Part shown: piece after piece, positions 39,761 to 52,758 of the stretch
How the letters are laid out: every line of letters starts with the position of its first letter
Numbering within the stretch: the first letter of the stretch is position 1
Assembly (NCBI GenBank): GCA_951406725.2
Contig: OX597821.1
Span: 37,386,001 to 37,450,000 of the forward strand
Length of the DNA: 64,000 nucleotides
Origin: Octopus vulgaris
Taxonomy: Eukaryota
Reading direction: 5' to 3'
Translations under genes and position numbers: made by a program
Notes under the pieces: generated by a model
Seen by the model: the letters and a program-made list of their open reading frames with translations, nothing else
Database searches by the model: none
Told to the model about the DNA's origin: nothing

Positions 39761-40414
39761 GGAGTTTGGTAATCCAAGCATGTTACTTTATACAGCAGAT
39801 TCTAGCTTTGTGTTCAGTTAGTTTGGCAATGGTTAAATACAAAGTTCATTTCTCAGAGAAAAGGTGTTTCATAATATATTTCATCTCGCGCATACGTAAA
39901 ACGAAATTTTAGCTTGGTCGTATTCGAACACAGATCGGCGAAGAAGAAAATAAAACGCTTCAAATCATTATGCTTAAGCTCGTCCATTTCAGCAAACCCG
40001 TTATCTTAATGTGGTAGAAATTCCAGTCGCGGAATTTGCTGAAACTACCTCCTTTCTTGAAGGAAGATTTCAAAAAATAAAGTTACTGCATGCAAATAAA
40101 CACATAAATACGCACATTCATACATAAATACATAAATAGGATAAAGGTAGGCCTACTGGCTTAAAAGACCATTCAAAACTATGAGTTCCAATGTTTACTA
40201 CAATGTTTGGCCTCACTCTCCCAACATCGTAAACATGCTTTTTCTGTTAGTTTATCTTAAACTTTTGCTCAGCAGCACACCTTTATTCAGACCATATTAC
40301 GAAATATATTTTCCCACTCTACAGAAATATACTTCGACAGTCTAGGCTGACAATGATAAAAACAATAACATTAACACCTAGCTTATTGCCAAATATGGTG
40401 GAAATGCGTGTCTT

Positions 40415-40650
40415 AGAGGATAGCATGTTGTACTCATGTTTGTAAGGTTGTGGTAGCGATTCCTGGACCGGGTGATGCGTTATGTTATTCAGCAAAACAC
40501 CTCGTTTCACGTTGCTCCGTTCCATTCAGCCGGCAAAAATGGAATAATACTGTGATGGACCAGCGTCCTGTCCAGGGTCGTGGAATACAAACGCCACAGG
40601 ATCCAGGAAACAGGTTTTATGAGTCTATGGCTCGGGAAAAACCTTTAATC
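40415..40650 (+). mobile_element. Diverged tRNA-derived SINE related to family C
   Basis: GATTCCTGGACCGGGTGATG..AGCAAAACACCT..CTGTGATGGACCAGCGTCCTGTCCAGGG..ATGGCTCGGGAA resembles 11380-11574. Confidence 0.55.
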
Positions 40651-40987
40651 ATCTTTTTTTTTCACTACCAAATATGTGTGGTAGGCATTCTTATATATTC
40701 ACTTAGTTTGAGTTTTTAAAGCAATATTTATTCGATGCTACTCGAGAAAATCATATTGCTTGTATAAGTGTATCAAAATTTAATTTCACAGCTAAGCAAC
40801 TTTCATAGAATGTACGTTTTAGTTAGAAAATGTCTGTCATAAATAGTGTTATTACAATTTTTATATTCTTCGATTATGAAATGACATCGGAAACCACCCA
40901 AACCTTGCCATGGAAGATTCACAAAAATGTAAACAGCTCACAGACAGCATCTTCCCCGCCACAGTTACGACACCGCTGTCAATATAT

Positions 40988-41332
40988 TACTTTTTTACTC
41001 TTTTACTTGTTTCAGTCATTTGACTGCGGCCATGCTGGAGCACCGCCTTTAATCGAGCAACTCGACTCCGGGACTTATTCTTTTGTAAGCCCAGTACTTA
41101 TTCTACCGGTCTCTTTTGCCGAACCGCTAAGTAACGGGGACATAAACACACCAGCATCGGTTGTCAAGCAATGCTAGGGGGACAAACACAGACACACAAA
41201 CACACACATGCATATATATACATATATACGACGGACTTCTTTCAGTTTCCATCTACCAAATCTACTCACAAGGCTTTGGTCGGCCCGAGGCTATAGTAAA
41301 CAAGCTACTTACCACACAACCACTCCTGCGCC
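40988..41332 (-). mobile_element. SINE family A with internal deletion of box B and CORE
   Basis: Matches 47407-47822 but lacks about 65 bp between CTATAG and CAAGCTACTT. Confidence 0.9.
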
Positions 41333-41953
41333 TATATATACATAACTGTTCTAGAAGAAAAACACACACACGCACACCAAGATGCTGCTTTATTACAATT
41401 TTAAAACTACATCTTTAGAAGCTTTTTACAACTTTTGATGAGAGGGTAAGCAAACAATAATTCTCATATTAAAACTAATCAATTGTATCGTTAGAGACAG
41501 AGTGAAAATGCACAATTACAACTATTGAACTGTGCTTTTTTTACAGCTGCTATAAATATCAAAAGAAACTTCAGAAATATTTGTAATCTCAAAATAATTC
41601 CTCAGCAGTCCTGCGATGGAGCCAAATAATACGTGTTAATAGAGTTTTTGATTTGCTTTGAAGAAAATTTGACTCATTTAAAATAGTTGTCTGTAAAGAA
41701 AACAAACTTATAATTTCTCGCCATATGAATGTCCACTGACAAGAGAAGTTTTTAGAAAAATTTAATTGAGATCTGCGTTGAATTATAGCAGCCATATTAA
41801 ACATACCTAGTCTTTAGGAAGCCAGAAAACTTTAACACAACTTGCTTGTTCGAATTTGTGTGGAGCCTGAAGAATAAATATTGAAAGCTTCAGAATAGAT
41901 CGGTCAGTCACTGTTCAGTTAAAAAGCGTAACCTCAAATGTAACACGCGCACG

Positions 41954-41998
<45 letters not shown>

Positions 41999-42490
41999 CC
42001 TGCGTGTGTTTATATGTATATATGAAAATGTCGATACTATTAAAAATCAATGAAAATTCGGATTAGCATTGAACTCAGAATAATTTTCTCATTAACAACA
42101 TAAATTTTGTCTTAGCCTGCGGTTGGCAGTGGGTACACGTTATAGACAAAACACAACGAGGCAGAAATGATCATCTAGCTTTCTCACCACTGCTGACGGA
42201 CAATTTTCGTCGGCTACTGATATAGCTTTGTATTTTTCGACGCAGTGCGTCCACTAGAGATATTATCTTTAGGCGAATACCGAGACATCTGCATTAAGTA
42301 TGATACACAGATGGTTATATTCATAGCCATCTATTGTTGGCCGAAGTGTACTTCTTAATACATATATTTCCCAATATATCTGAAAGAAGGATCTGTTGCT
42401 TTGAATATTTCAGTCTGGTGTCGATTCATTAAGATACTTATAGTAAATTATATGCAGTTATGATATGTATGTATCTTCATCTATGTTATC

Positions 42491-42625
42491 TATGTTGTGC
42501 TTGTTTTATCGACACCTGAAAAGATGAAAGGCAAAGTCGACATCGGTGTACTATGGTCCATGAACATAAAGACGGACGAAATGCGGCTAAGCATCTTGCC
42601 GGCGCGGTTACTATTCTGCCACCTT
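42491..42625 (-). mobile_element. SINE family B, diverged
   Basis: TTTATCGACACCTGAAAAGATGAAAGGCAAAGTCGAC...GACGAAATGCGGCTAAGCAT...TTCTGCCA. Confidence 0.75.
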
Positions 42626-43659
42626 GCCACTTTAGTTACAGTTGTAATATTCTTCAGAGGACAAACAGAAAAACATTGACTGCACTTCGATTTTTTCTTC
42701 ACGTGCCATACTTGCAGGTATCGGTGATGATGGAGCTCTACACCCCCTTGTTGCCACGCAACTCAGTATATTATGGGCTCGGTATTCCTTAAACCAATTG
42801 GTAAGGCCATCCGATATCGTCTCTCGCTATCTCCCCAAAATTTTCATTTTCCAGTTTCCTGGTTGTCTTTTCTCTTTTCCCATTTAAACACTTCTTGGGG
42901 GAGATTTTGTTTATTTATTGTAAGAGAAATCTTAGTTATTCAAAGTTTTTCGGCTCACACTAATATGTAAATAAGACTCTATTGTAAGTGCATTTGGTGC
43001 CCGTAACTCTCTCCTGAGGTATATTCCATCAGTTAAACACTAAGACCCTCACGACTTCATTAATAAAAAAAAAGGTCTTCATTTTATGATTACACTGAAT
43101 AGAAAGTGTGACATTCATAGTTTCTGAAAGGCATTATCGGTGTAGATGGAGTAAAATGGTGTCAGTCTCGGATTGGAATCATATAGAGGCCTATGCCTTC
43201 AGAGAGTCCATTGTTTTCCTTTTGGAGTTCGAAATACTATTGATAAAGATTAAATGCAATCAAAGCACATCTAAACTCAGCTCTATTTTATTGTTCGCCA
43301 GCCACTTTTTGCAACATCTTAGTCTCTAGTGAACCTCAAACTAATTTATGTGTAGTAAATGTTACTATCAAGAAATTCTGTTGCCAAATATCCAGAAATA
43401 TATCTGAAAATGTGTTACGGTAGTCAGAAATGTGAACTGAATTTTCTGTCTAAATTTATCGCATGAAAGGTCTGTATTAGCTAAGTTAGTAGACGGTAAC
43501 TTTTAAAATTAATCATGCTAAAAACTCGAGTGCTGTGTAATGATAATGAGTGAGTCTACGTATGTTCTAATATTAAGTACAATTTGGCATTTTATGGTTG
43601 ACATAATCATTGATGTTATCGTTTACAATCTATACAGAACTCTTTAGAAAACTCAGAAA

Positions 43660-43738
<79 letters not shown>

Positions 43739-44559
43739 TTAGCGCTTAGCGAGGGAGGGCAAAGGTGTGCTTACGTCCTTTTATTTTTCAGGGTCTTCGA
43801 ATTTGAAGGGAAGTAGAAAGGAAGTTATCCTAAGATGAGGGACCGGGTCCGAATCCTTTCAGCAGAGTGAACTTCTTCAAAGGTACACAAGAATTCGAGG
43901 TGGGGGATATCGGATTAAGTGTATTCCCACCAGAATGCATACACACCCATACACATATAAATATTCAGAATGGTTGTCACTTATAACAAATAAAAGGGAA
44001 GATGTTATTGGCAAATATATTCAAATTAATACAATAACGAATACAATCATTTTACTTTCGTGTTTTGAGAAATGTTCTGGAAACATTGTGTAAATGAGAA
44101 AAGTGTTGAAGTTACATAACTTTATTCAAGGTTACGATAGTTTCAAATCTATAGGAACCATTTCATCACCATACAGATTGGTTTCTATGTATATTTCAAG
44201 TAATTCTTGATAATATTAGGTTTACTACAATGATATTGAATTAAATTGATTAAAAGGCAGGCAATATATACAGCCCTTCGAAAAGAACCGTCTCGTTTTT
44301 TTTCTGAATTTAGTTACTTTCAAATCTCTCTTTTGCATCAACTTATTTTCCATTACTGCCGCTTTGTAATTATAATGGCAAATATATAATAGTAAACACC
44401 AATATCTTGGTAACTCTGCTTCTGAAGAAAAATTCCTTTCTCTCTACTATTCAATGTACAAGCATAAAATTAAAGTTGATGATTTCTTGACACCTCAGGA
44501 CTGTGGCATTGGCGAGTTAATACAAAATCAATGGAGGTAAATCTTAATGTCCCTTCTCT

Positions 44560-44900
44560 ACAACCTCCGTCTGCTGAATTATTCTTAGATTGAGGAATAC
44601 TTAATGTTTGTAAGTCTGAAATGGGGGCAGGGGCTATAGATAACGTGTCTTTAAGGATTCTTGCCCGCCATACTATGCAGAACTTGCATCGTCAGCCCTC
44701 GTTTATACAGGACTCCGGTTGCTCTAAGATCCTCAATTTAGTTTCGTATGGAGTTCCTTCATCCTTAAGACGCCACACGTGGCTGGCCAAGGACGTCTTT
44801 CTCGAACCCTAAAAAAGAATCTGTAGTTGTATAGGTGCCGTTTAAAGCCAGTTCCGGCTGACTCGATGTATCTCCGGACTTGAATGCTGGTTCTCGCCTC
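44560..44900 (-). mobile_element. Penelope-like GIY-YIG C-terminal fragment (second family)
   Basis: YIESAGTGFKRHLYNYR..F, TSLASHVWRLKDEGTPYETKLRIL, RCKFC across frameshifts. Confidence 0.7.
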
Positions 44901-44929
44901 TGGTGTATCTTCCGTAGGCTTCGGGCCTG

Positions 44930-45270
44930 GAGTTGTTGTTGCCGCTGCTGTTGTTGGAGCTGTCATCGGTGCTATTAATTACAGGGCGTGGGTCCGGCGA
45001 TATCACTGTAATGGTTGCTGTAGCAGTGGTCATCTCCAGCCATGGTGTTGCTGCTGTTGCTGATGGTGTTCTACTTGTCGTCACTGTTTATTCTGGGCGT
45101 GGGACTGGTAGCTTCGCTGGTCATCTCCGGCCGTAGCGCTGGTCATCTCCGGCCTTAGCGCTGGTGCTGCAGTTGAGGCTGTCGGTGCTGGTGTTTCTGT
45201 CGCTCAACGCATTTCCGCTGCCACCGCCTCCGCCGTTGCCATTGTTGTCGCCGATGTTGTTGGATGATCC
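44930..45270. repeat. GC-rich low-complexity tract (GTT/GCT/GCC triplets and GCTGGTCATCTCCGGCC repeats)
   Basis: Direct inspection; adjoins the Penelope fragment. Confidence 0.7.
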
Positions 45271-45449
45271 ACTGACAATAGACGCGCGCGTGCACACACA
45301 CACACATTTGTGTACGTGTGTATATGTGCGCGCGTGTGTATCCGCATGATGTTCGCTTATTTCTAATTGTCTGTGTTTATGTATGCATGTAAGCATGTCT
45401 GTATTTGTATATATAGAGATGTAAGGTCAGTCATATCAATACACATACT

Positions 45450-45619
45450 ATTTCTTTACTACCCACAAGGGGCGAAACACAGAGAGGACGAACAAGGACA
45501 GACAAACGGATTAAGTCGGTTACATCGACCCCAGTGCGTAACTGGTACTTAATTTATCGACCCCGAAAGGATGAAAGGCAAAGTCGACCTCGGCGGACAT
45601 TGAACTCAGAACGCAGCGT
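45450..45619 (-). mobile_element. SINE family B, 5'-truncated, with 16-bp TSD
   Basis: TSD TATCAATACACATACT at 45434-45449 and 45620-45635. Confidence 0.92.
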
Positions 45620-46603
45620 TATCAATACACATACTGCCACTCGCAGAACGTGGCAAGTTCTCTAGCAACAATAATTTCTAGCAGAGGTACTAGATCATCA
45701 AATATTAGGAAGCGAAGGTGATGGTCGATTAGATTGTTCCCAACATTTTGCTGGTTCTTACTTCATGGATGGCACACTAAGTAAATCATAGCCAGAAACA
45801 AGGGCACAGTTTTCTAAATATAATGCATTTCATTTGTTGGTAAACTATCGATCTTCGCAATAGTCAAATAATTAGGATTTCTGAAAATATTGACACGAGG
45901 TCACAAATATGGTGTTGGGGTAGGAACAACCAATTTTAATCGATTCTGGTCTATTTGATTATTCGATTAAGTCGTCGACAAAATTTGAACGCAGAACGTA
46001 AAGATACATAACTAAACACTTGAATACATTTGGTACGGCGCCATCTATCTCTCTTACCTTCAGGTAACTAAGTTCCATTGAGACATTCTTATCTACCTTG
46101 ATCGATAGTATCACAAATGTATTCTTTCTATAATCGATTACCTTGTGAATATAAGTCACCTCTCCCAATCTTCTACAGAAGCCAATGGCTAAATGTAACT
46201 ATTAAACACAAGCTGTATAACGAAGCCATCTACATTAACGCTTTCGCGAAATCCATTTTACACAATTTCAAATGTTTTGAACTGACTAAAAGTATTTAAG
46301 GCTTGTTTACATTCTCCTCAATTTTCTTATTTACGTCTTCACTTCAAATACTTCTCGGATTGCATTTCTCTTCCCTACTTCCCGAGTCGATAAAATTGGT
46401 TTTACACTAGTAATGGAAATATTTTTTATACGCACCTTCTCCTATAATGACTGAGCTTGTGCCAATATTAGGATATAATATTTTGCCAGAACAAGATAAA
46501 ACTCTTAATTTATGAAGTTCAAGATGAAGTTATTGCCAAAAAATGCAACCGAGAGTGATTAAAACGCAGTCTTCTGTTATGACTTTTCCACAGCGCACGT
46601 CTA

Positions 46604-47230
46604 TCGGGTTGGTGCAGAAGCATTTTCGCTTATTAACACAATTTTAAAACACTATATCTCAGCTTCCTGATTGAAATAAACACTACAATATACATATTTT
46701 GCCAAAAAAGTCTATTTGTTCCGATATCCTAGAATTCTGGAGTCTTGGAACTAATGAATCTATTGAAAGTGTTTTGAACTGTTACTTAGATATTGGAGAC
46801 CTTTGTAGACAGTAAGGATTAGAGATATTTGGAAAGGTGGTTGAGAGAAGGTTAGGAAGTAAAGCTGTGTGTGGCAGGGTTTCGAATCTTAGTCTCTTTA
46901 TAGTTTATAGTCATTTACCAGACATATAATAGGGATTTGGTATGAAGAAGAATTGCTCTTTTTCGATTGACCAAACTGCGCTAAAACACAACAGCTCTTA
47001 GTGCATTTTGTCCATTTCTTGGCAACACTTCCCTAATTTGAAGGTTTCGTCAGAATTCAAGGAGCATTTGAGGGTAATATCATTTGTCGGCTATCAAACT
47101 TTGGCCATAGTCTTCTAGTGGAACTTCGCTTTGGGGAAATGTTTTGGCACTTCAGCTCGGTTTAGACATCTCATCATGAAAACCAAAGTATGCTAGGTTG
47201 TTCATTGATGCTTCTCTGGTTAAGTGCTTA
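46604..47230 (-). mobile_element. Decayed mariner (Hsmar1/cecropia-like) transposon
   Basis: TA|TCGGGTTGGTGCAGAAG TIR-like end. Minus-strand remnants EVPKHFPKAKFH, CCQEMDKMH, VNRKRAILLH and ETLPH align with the mariner catalytic domain. Confidence 0.75.
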
Positions 47231-47406
47231 GTCGATATTGAAATCAATTTCTACTACCAGGTGATCGAATTTTAACCCAATAAAATTGTTGGAATTTCAC
47301 TTCTTTTATCATTAATTATTTAACAGCCACAATACAAGCACACACACACACACACACACACATTATTATTATATATAAAATATCTATTATATATGTATAT
47401 ATGTAT

Positions 47407-47822
47407 TACTCTCTTTACTCTTTTACTTGTTTCAGTCATTTTGACTGCGGCCATGCTGGAGCACCGCCTTTAGTCGAGCAAATCAACCCGGGACTTATTC
47501 TTTGTAAGCCCAGTGCTTATTCTATCGGTCTCTTTTGCCGAACCGCTAAGTGACGGGGACGTAAACACACCAGCATCGGTTGTCAATCAATGCTAGGGGG
47601 ACAAACACAGACACACAAACACACACACACACATATACATATATATATATACATATATACGACAGGCTTCTTTCAGTTTCCGTCTACCAAATCCACTCAC
47701 AAGGCATTGGTCGGCCCGGGGCTATAGCAGAAGACACTTGCCCAAGATGCCACGCAGTGGGACTGAACCCGGAACCATGTGGTTGGTTAGCAAGCTACTT
47801 ACCACACAGCCACTCCTGCGCC
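47407..47822 (-). mobile_element. SINE family A, full-length young copy
   Basis: Near-identical reverse complement of 19963-20380. Confidence 0.93.
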
Positions 47823-48547
47823 TATTATATATTTGATATTTATATATCTATATTATATATATCATATACACACATCTAAGAATTAAATTGACAGGCCTCA
47901 TCGTGTCGTTTTATCTGTGCAGACAATATCCGATACTACAAACTTGTTAAGATATTATGCACAAGGCATGTCTACTAAAGACGAGATTACTTGCTTAAGT
48001 ATTCAAATGCATCAAATGACATTATTTTGTTTCTAGAAATAAATCTTTCGAAAATGGTGTCTCTTTACATTTCAAATGTCTCTAACTCTCTCGTTCCTCT
48101 TCCTTATATATATATGTGCACGTATATATGTATGCTTGTATGCATGCATGTATATATATATATATATATGCATAACACACACACACACATATATTATATG
48201 AAGATAGTTAAACAAAAGTTTATTCCAAAATATGCGTCAATTTTAACAACAAAAGTGGTAATTGTTTTTGTACCAACCTAATATACAAATATACACACAA
48301 AAGCAAACACACACACACACACACATAAATGCACATACATACGTATTTGCACACACACGCGCGAAGTACTTCAGGCTAGTGTGTCAATTATCGATAACCA
48401 ATTAGTAGATTCGTGATGCCAATTAGGCCGCACATACATACATACATACATACATACATAATTACATACATAATTACATACATACATGCATACATACATA
48501 CACACACATACTTATACTTATACACATACATATATGCATGTAAATAA

Positions 48548-48609
<62 letters not shown>

Positions 48610-48930
48610 TGTGCGTATATATACACATACACACACACACATACACATGTAATAAATAAGAGAGGCATTCAGTTATCTGTGTCTTTCAAGAAACAACATA
48701 GTCATTATTTTAAAGTGTTCCAAGTCTGATGAATATCTCTTTGTTATATCGTTAAAAATTGTTCATTCTGTTAATAAACATCGGCGAATTTGTAATAAAT
48801 ATCACATCTTACAATTAATCGTCTAGATATACACACACTGAAATAGATGCACAAAAATCTTCATAAACTTTCCTAATACATACGCACATGCATGCGTATA
48901 TATTCATGTATATATACATACATACATACA

Positions 48931-49456
48931 TACATACATACATACACACAAAGTATAAGCTTACGAAGTACTGAGGATGTAAAGATGTATAAATATATTT
49001 TTAATACACTTCTCTCCACCAGAATATGAAATATATTCGCTACTGAATTTTATCTAGGAGAAGAATTTCTCCCTATAGAGCTTTCGTGTAAATACACATC
49101 AAGTCAAAATCTAAGAGATTCTAGTAGACTACCAGACACGGCCTTTCAACATGATTTCGCCTCTTCAGTGCCACATACCTCCTCAGTGAATGATACATAC
49201 ATACACACACACAAAGTATAAGCATACGAAGAACTGAGGATTTAAAGATGTATAAATATATTTTCAATACACTTCTCTCCACCAGAATATGAAATATATT
49301 CGCTACTGAATTTTATCAAGGAGAAGAATTTCTCCCTATAGAGCTTTCATGTAAATACACATCAAGTCAAAATCTAAGAGATTCTAGTAGACTACCAGAC
49401 ACGGCCCTTCAACATGATTTCGCCTCTTCAGTGCCACATACTTCCTCGGTGAATGA
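48931..49456. repeat. Tandem duplication, 2 x 263 bp
   Basis: CAAAGTATAAGC at 48949 and 49212; GTGAATGA ends at 49193 and 49456; few substitutions. Confidence 0.95.
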
Positions 49457-50074
49457 CAGCTAAAGCGGAACTTCTGTCTTTATGTATAGAAAGCAACAAA
49501 CAATTTTTTAAAATCCAGCTATGTAAATCTGGTAGTGTACGGATGCTGGATTACTTCATCCTTTCTTTTGTAGATTAGTCAGGTATTTAGATCTTAACCC
49601 TGAACAAAGCAATCAATACTCACGCATTGCGTGTTTCTTATGGGCAAAGTACTTGTGTGCACATGAGTACATGTATACATGTTGCTTTCTATTGCTAACA
49701 TTTAATATGCAGGAAATCCTTCTATCCATCCATCCACCCATCCATCTATCACATACATACGCATACATTTTATTCTCATTGATGCATACACATATTTTTA
49801 TACCTACATACGTATGAAACATACATGTACACATAATAATATTTGTATTTATATCAATTCATGTAGAATAACGAAACTATAAAAAATCTGAAATATACCA
49901 TAGAATTAACTTATAAAACTTGTTAGTATAGACATGCATAGTCTTACATATATGGACTTATCTATTCACACATAATAATTCTGACATAGATATGTACGCG
50001 CTGCTCGCTTTATGATCATACTTTACAAAAGTATATACATAATAAATGATAAGAATAAATCTAAGGCACATTTG

Positions 50075-50300
50075 ATCTGTTCTCATTTGATCTGTCTCCC
50101 CGCCCCAAAATGAAGCAAACATCAAAGAAGGGTTTCCACTTTTTAATGATATATTTCTTGTATTCCTGATCAAAAGTTTTCCCTATTTTCTCATAAGGTT
50201 TTTCTTCCAAGCATCTCATAACTAAGTTCGCATTTGAGGGTGAAAACTGCGTCCCCATAGCCGTACTTTTTATCTGTCGGTATGTTTTATTATCGAATCA
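50075..50300 (-). mobile_element. Penelope RT fragment, same family as 1590-3685
   Basis: MGTQFSPSNANLVMRCLEEKPYEKIGKTFDQEYKKYIIKKWK is nearly identical to the 2458..2901 ORF. Confidence 0.92.
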
Positions 50301-50329
50301 ATAAAATTTATAAAATGAAAATATCTGAA

Positions 50330-50605
50330 ATAAACTCGACTGCTCAGACAAACGTGAATATTAAAAATGAACCTGACCGCACTCAAAAATTAAGTAAAAA
50401 AAACAAAAAAAAACGGAAAATAATTCAGAATCCTTGTCCGGTACCGGATCAATCCCAAAATCTAACCGATTCGTGTCAGTCAAGAAGCCAAATATGCCTG
50501 AAAGTTTCATCCGAATTCATCCCGCGGTTCTTGAGATATCTTGTCCATGGACAAACAAACACGACTGAAAACAATACCTCCGCCTTCGCTAAAGTGGAGG
50601 TAAAA
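50330..50605 (+). mobile_element. HINE/DINE-1-like (Helentron-associated) non-autonomous element
   Basis: AAAGTTTCATCCGAATTCATCC..TTGAGATATC..GACAAACAAAC..GAAAACAA followed by 3' hairpin TACCTCCGCCTTCGCTAAAGTGGAGGTA. Confidence 0.55.
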
Positions 50606-50943
50606 ATAGGCATTGGGTCAAGACTAGAAATGTGAAGATTTGACAATAACTTAGGTAATAACTCAAGCAAATATTACTGTGAATTTGTTGCTATAGGTAA
50701 ATTTTACTGTAATATATAACTAATTTTTGCATTATTTTATTTATTGTACTAATTGATTATGTACTACTATTATTTTTTATAACTTATTTTAAAATTTCTA
50801 ATTATTAATTAGTAATTAAAAAATGAATTTTTTTAAAGTGCTAAAAATATTTTGAGTTATTTTAAATTTTTAATAGAAGTAACAATAAATAACAAATAGA
50901 AATAATAACCTGTAATAGAATTTTAAATTTTGATAAAAGCTAA

Positions 50944-51455
50944 TCTCTACATATATAAAGCTGAAGTTGTCTGTGTATGGCAGGTTTGGTAGCCTTCAAC
51001 TAACACTATCTCCTCCGAGACCCTGCGGCACAAGTTGAACAAAATTGAGAGTTTGATAGAAGAAGGCTTGCTCTTCCTTCCGTAGAAGAAAAACTTCAAA
51101 TCGGACCATGTTAACACCAAAAATTATTTACATCAAAAAGGTTCTTTTTTCTATGAAAATCCCTATTTTAAAAGATTTTTTGACTGCTGTGTGGCCATTT
51201 TTCGGTGTATTTCAATCAGAAAAATGTTCACTTAAAGAGAATGACAAGCTACATAATGCAAAACTTTTACTTTTCAAAAATTCCAATTCTAAAGAATCGA
51301 AACTGCTAGTGCATAATATAAGTGCTTTTGTGCAGAAACGAAAGGGAAAACTGACTCAGATTTACATGTATTAGTAATGCAAAACTTTTACTTTTCAAAA
51401 ATTCCAATTCTAAAGGGTCGAAACAAACCCGAGCAACGCCGGGCGATGCTGCTAG
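50944..51455 (+). mobile_element. Non-autonomous Helitron, copy 2, with duplicated 3' end
   Basis: A|TC start; homologous to 22683-23080; internal CTAG at 51306-51309; final hairpin CCCGAGCAACGCCGGG then CTAG|T. Confidence 0.88.
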
Positions 51456-51778
51456 TATTTTCTAAATCTAAAAATTTTATTTGAAATTTTATCCTTGATT
51501 GCAATATTTTAAGTAAAAATTTTCTTGTTTTGTACTTTACCAGATGTAATAACTTGTTCTGAACTTTTCCAGGTTTATAATCGTAAGAATATTATTTCTC
51601 TTACTCGCATTTTTCCATGTAATGCATGTATGTATGTGGTGACAGCCGCACCGACGTGATTTTTAACAACTGTATATCGGAAATGAGGGACATATACCTT
51701 TGTTATCTCTTCACATGCAGCTGTCTTCTAAGGTTCAATTTCAACTTCTTTCTTCGTAATGAAATAAGCTTCGTTCAT

Positions 51779-52005
51779 AAGGTGGCGAGCTGGCAGAAAC
51801 ATTAGCACGCCGGGCGAAATGCTTAGCAGTATTTTGTCTACGATCTGAGTTCAAATTCCGCCGAGGTCGACTTTGCCTTTTATCCTTTCGGGGTCGATTA
51901 AATAAGTACCTGTTACGCATTGGGGTCGATATAATCGTCTTAATCCGTTTGTCTGTCCTTGTTTGTCCTCTCTGTGTTTAGCCCCTTGTGGGTAGTGAAG
52001 AAATA
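51779..52005 (+). mobile_element. SINE family B, full-length, with 18-bp TSD
   Basis: TSD GAAATAAGCTTCGTTCAT at 51761-51778 and 52006-52023; box B GAGTTCAAATTCC; Meta-like GTCGACTTTGCCTTT.ATCCTTTCGGGGTCGAT..ATAAGTACC. Confidence 0.92.
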
Positions 52006-52577
52006 GAAATAAGCTTCGTTCATTCGAGTATTAATTGTCGTGGTTTCTAGCCAAAATTTATGTGCTTAGACGTTTCCAACAAAATTGTGTATGTTGAAAC
52101 ACTGTACCCTGTGCGCTTGGCTTGTCCTAGTGAACCTAAATTCTCAATACTTCACCGTCTCTCATAGCACAAGATTATCACTTCTAGGATGGCCTTTATG
52201 CTTATTGTTGACATGCAAACGCAGCCACAATGGAAACTGCAACCGAGATTGTGACGGCAGAATGAATTCTACGTATACGAGGAGGAGTTCTCCAAATTGG
52301 CAGTTGTAGAAAAGACAGATTTGAAAAATTTGCAGGTAAGAACCACTCAGGCACCAGTAATCTTCATAAAGGAATCCAAAGAGGAATCCGCCCCCAAATT
52401 CCGTATGACTGAAAACAGCGTCTATCTATTGTCGGACACCCGAGTGTCACATACAAGGACTGTCATAGGAAAAGTGCAAGTTGAGACAATGGACAGCGCA
52501 TTTTCTTTCTTGTTAGCAAGCAGAACAATATGGACACTTTTCAAGAGTTCGTTTTTCATCAGCTGCTTTGAAGTTCG

Positions 52578-52584
52578 TTGTGTA

Positions 52585-52616
<32 letters not shown>

Positions 52617-52758
52617 TGTGTGTGCATGTGTATGTGCGTGCGTGTGTTTGTGTGCGTGTGTTTGTATGTGTGTTTGTGTGTGTGTTTGTGTGTGTGTGTT
52701 TGTGTGTATGTGTGTGTGTGTATGTTTGTGTGTGTGTGTTTGTCTGTATGTGCGCGTG
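52578..52758. repeat. Degenerate (TG)n array
   Basis: Direct inspection. Confidence 0.95.

Noticed and set aside
41863-41900. CTGAAGA ataaatatt GAAAGCTT hammerhead-like core
   Set aside because: No stem I, AU-only stem II, and a competing CTGAAG/CTTCAG pairing.
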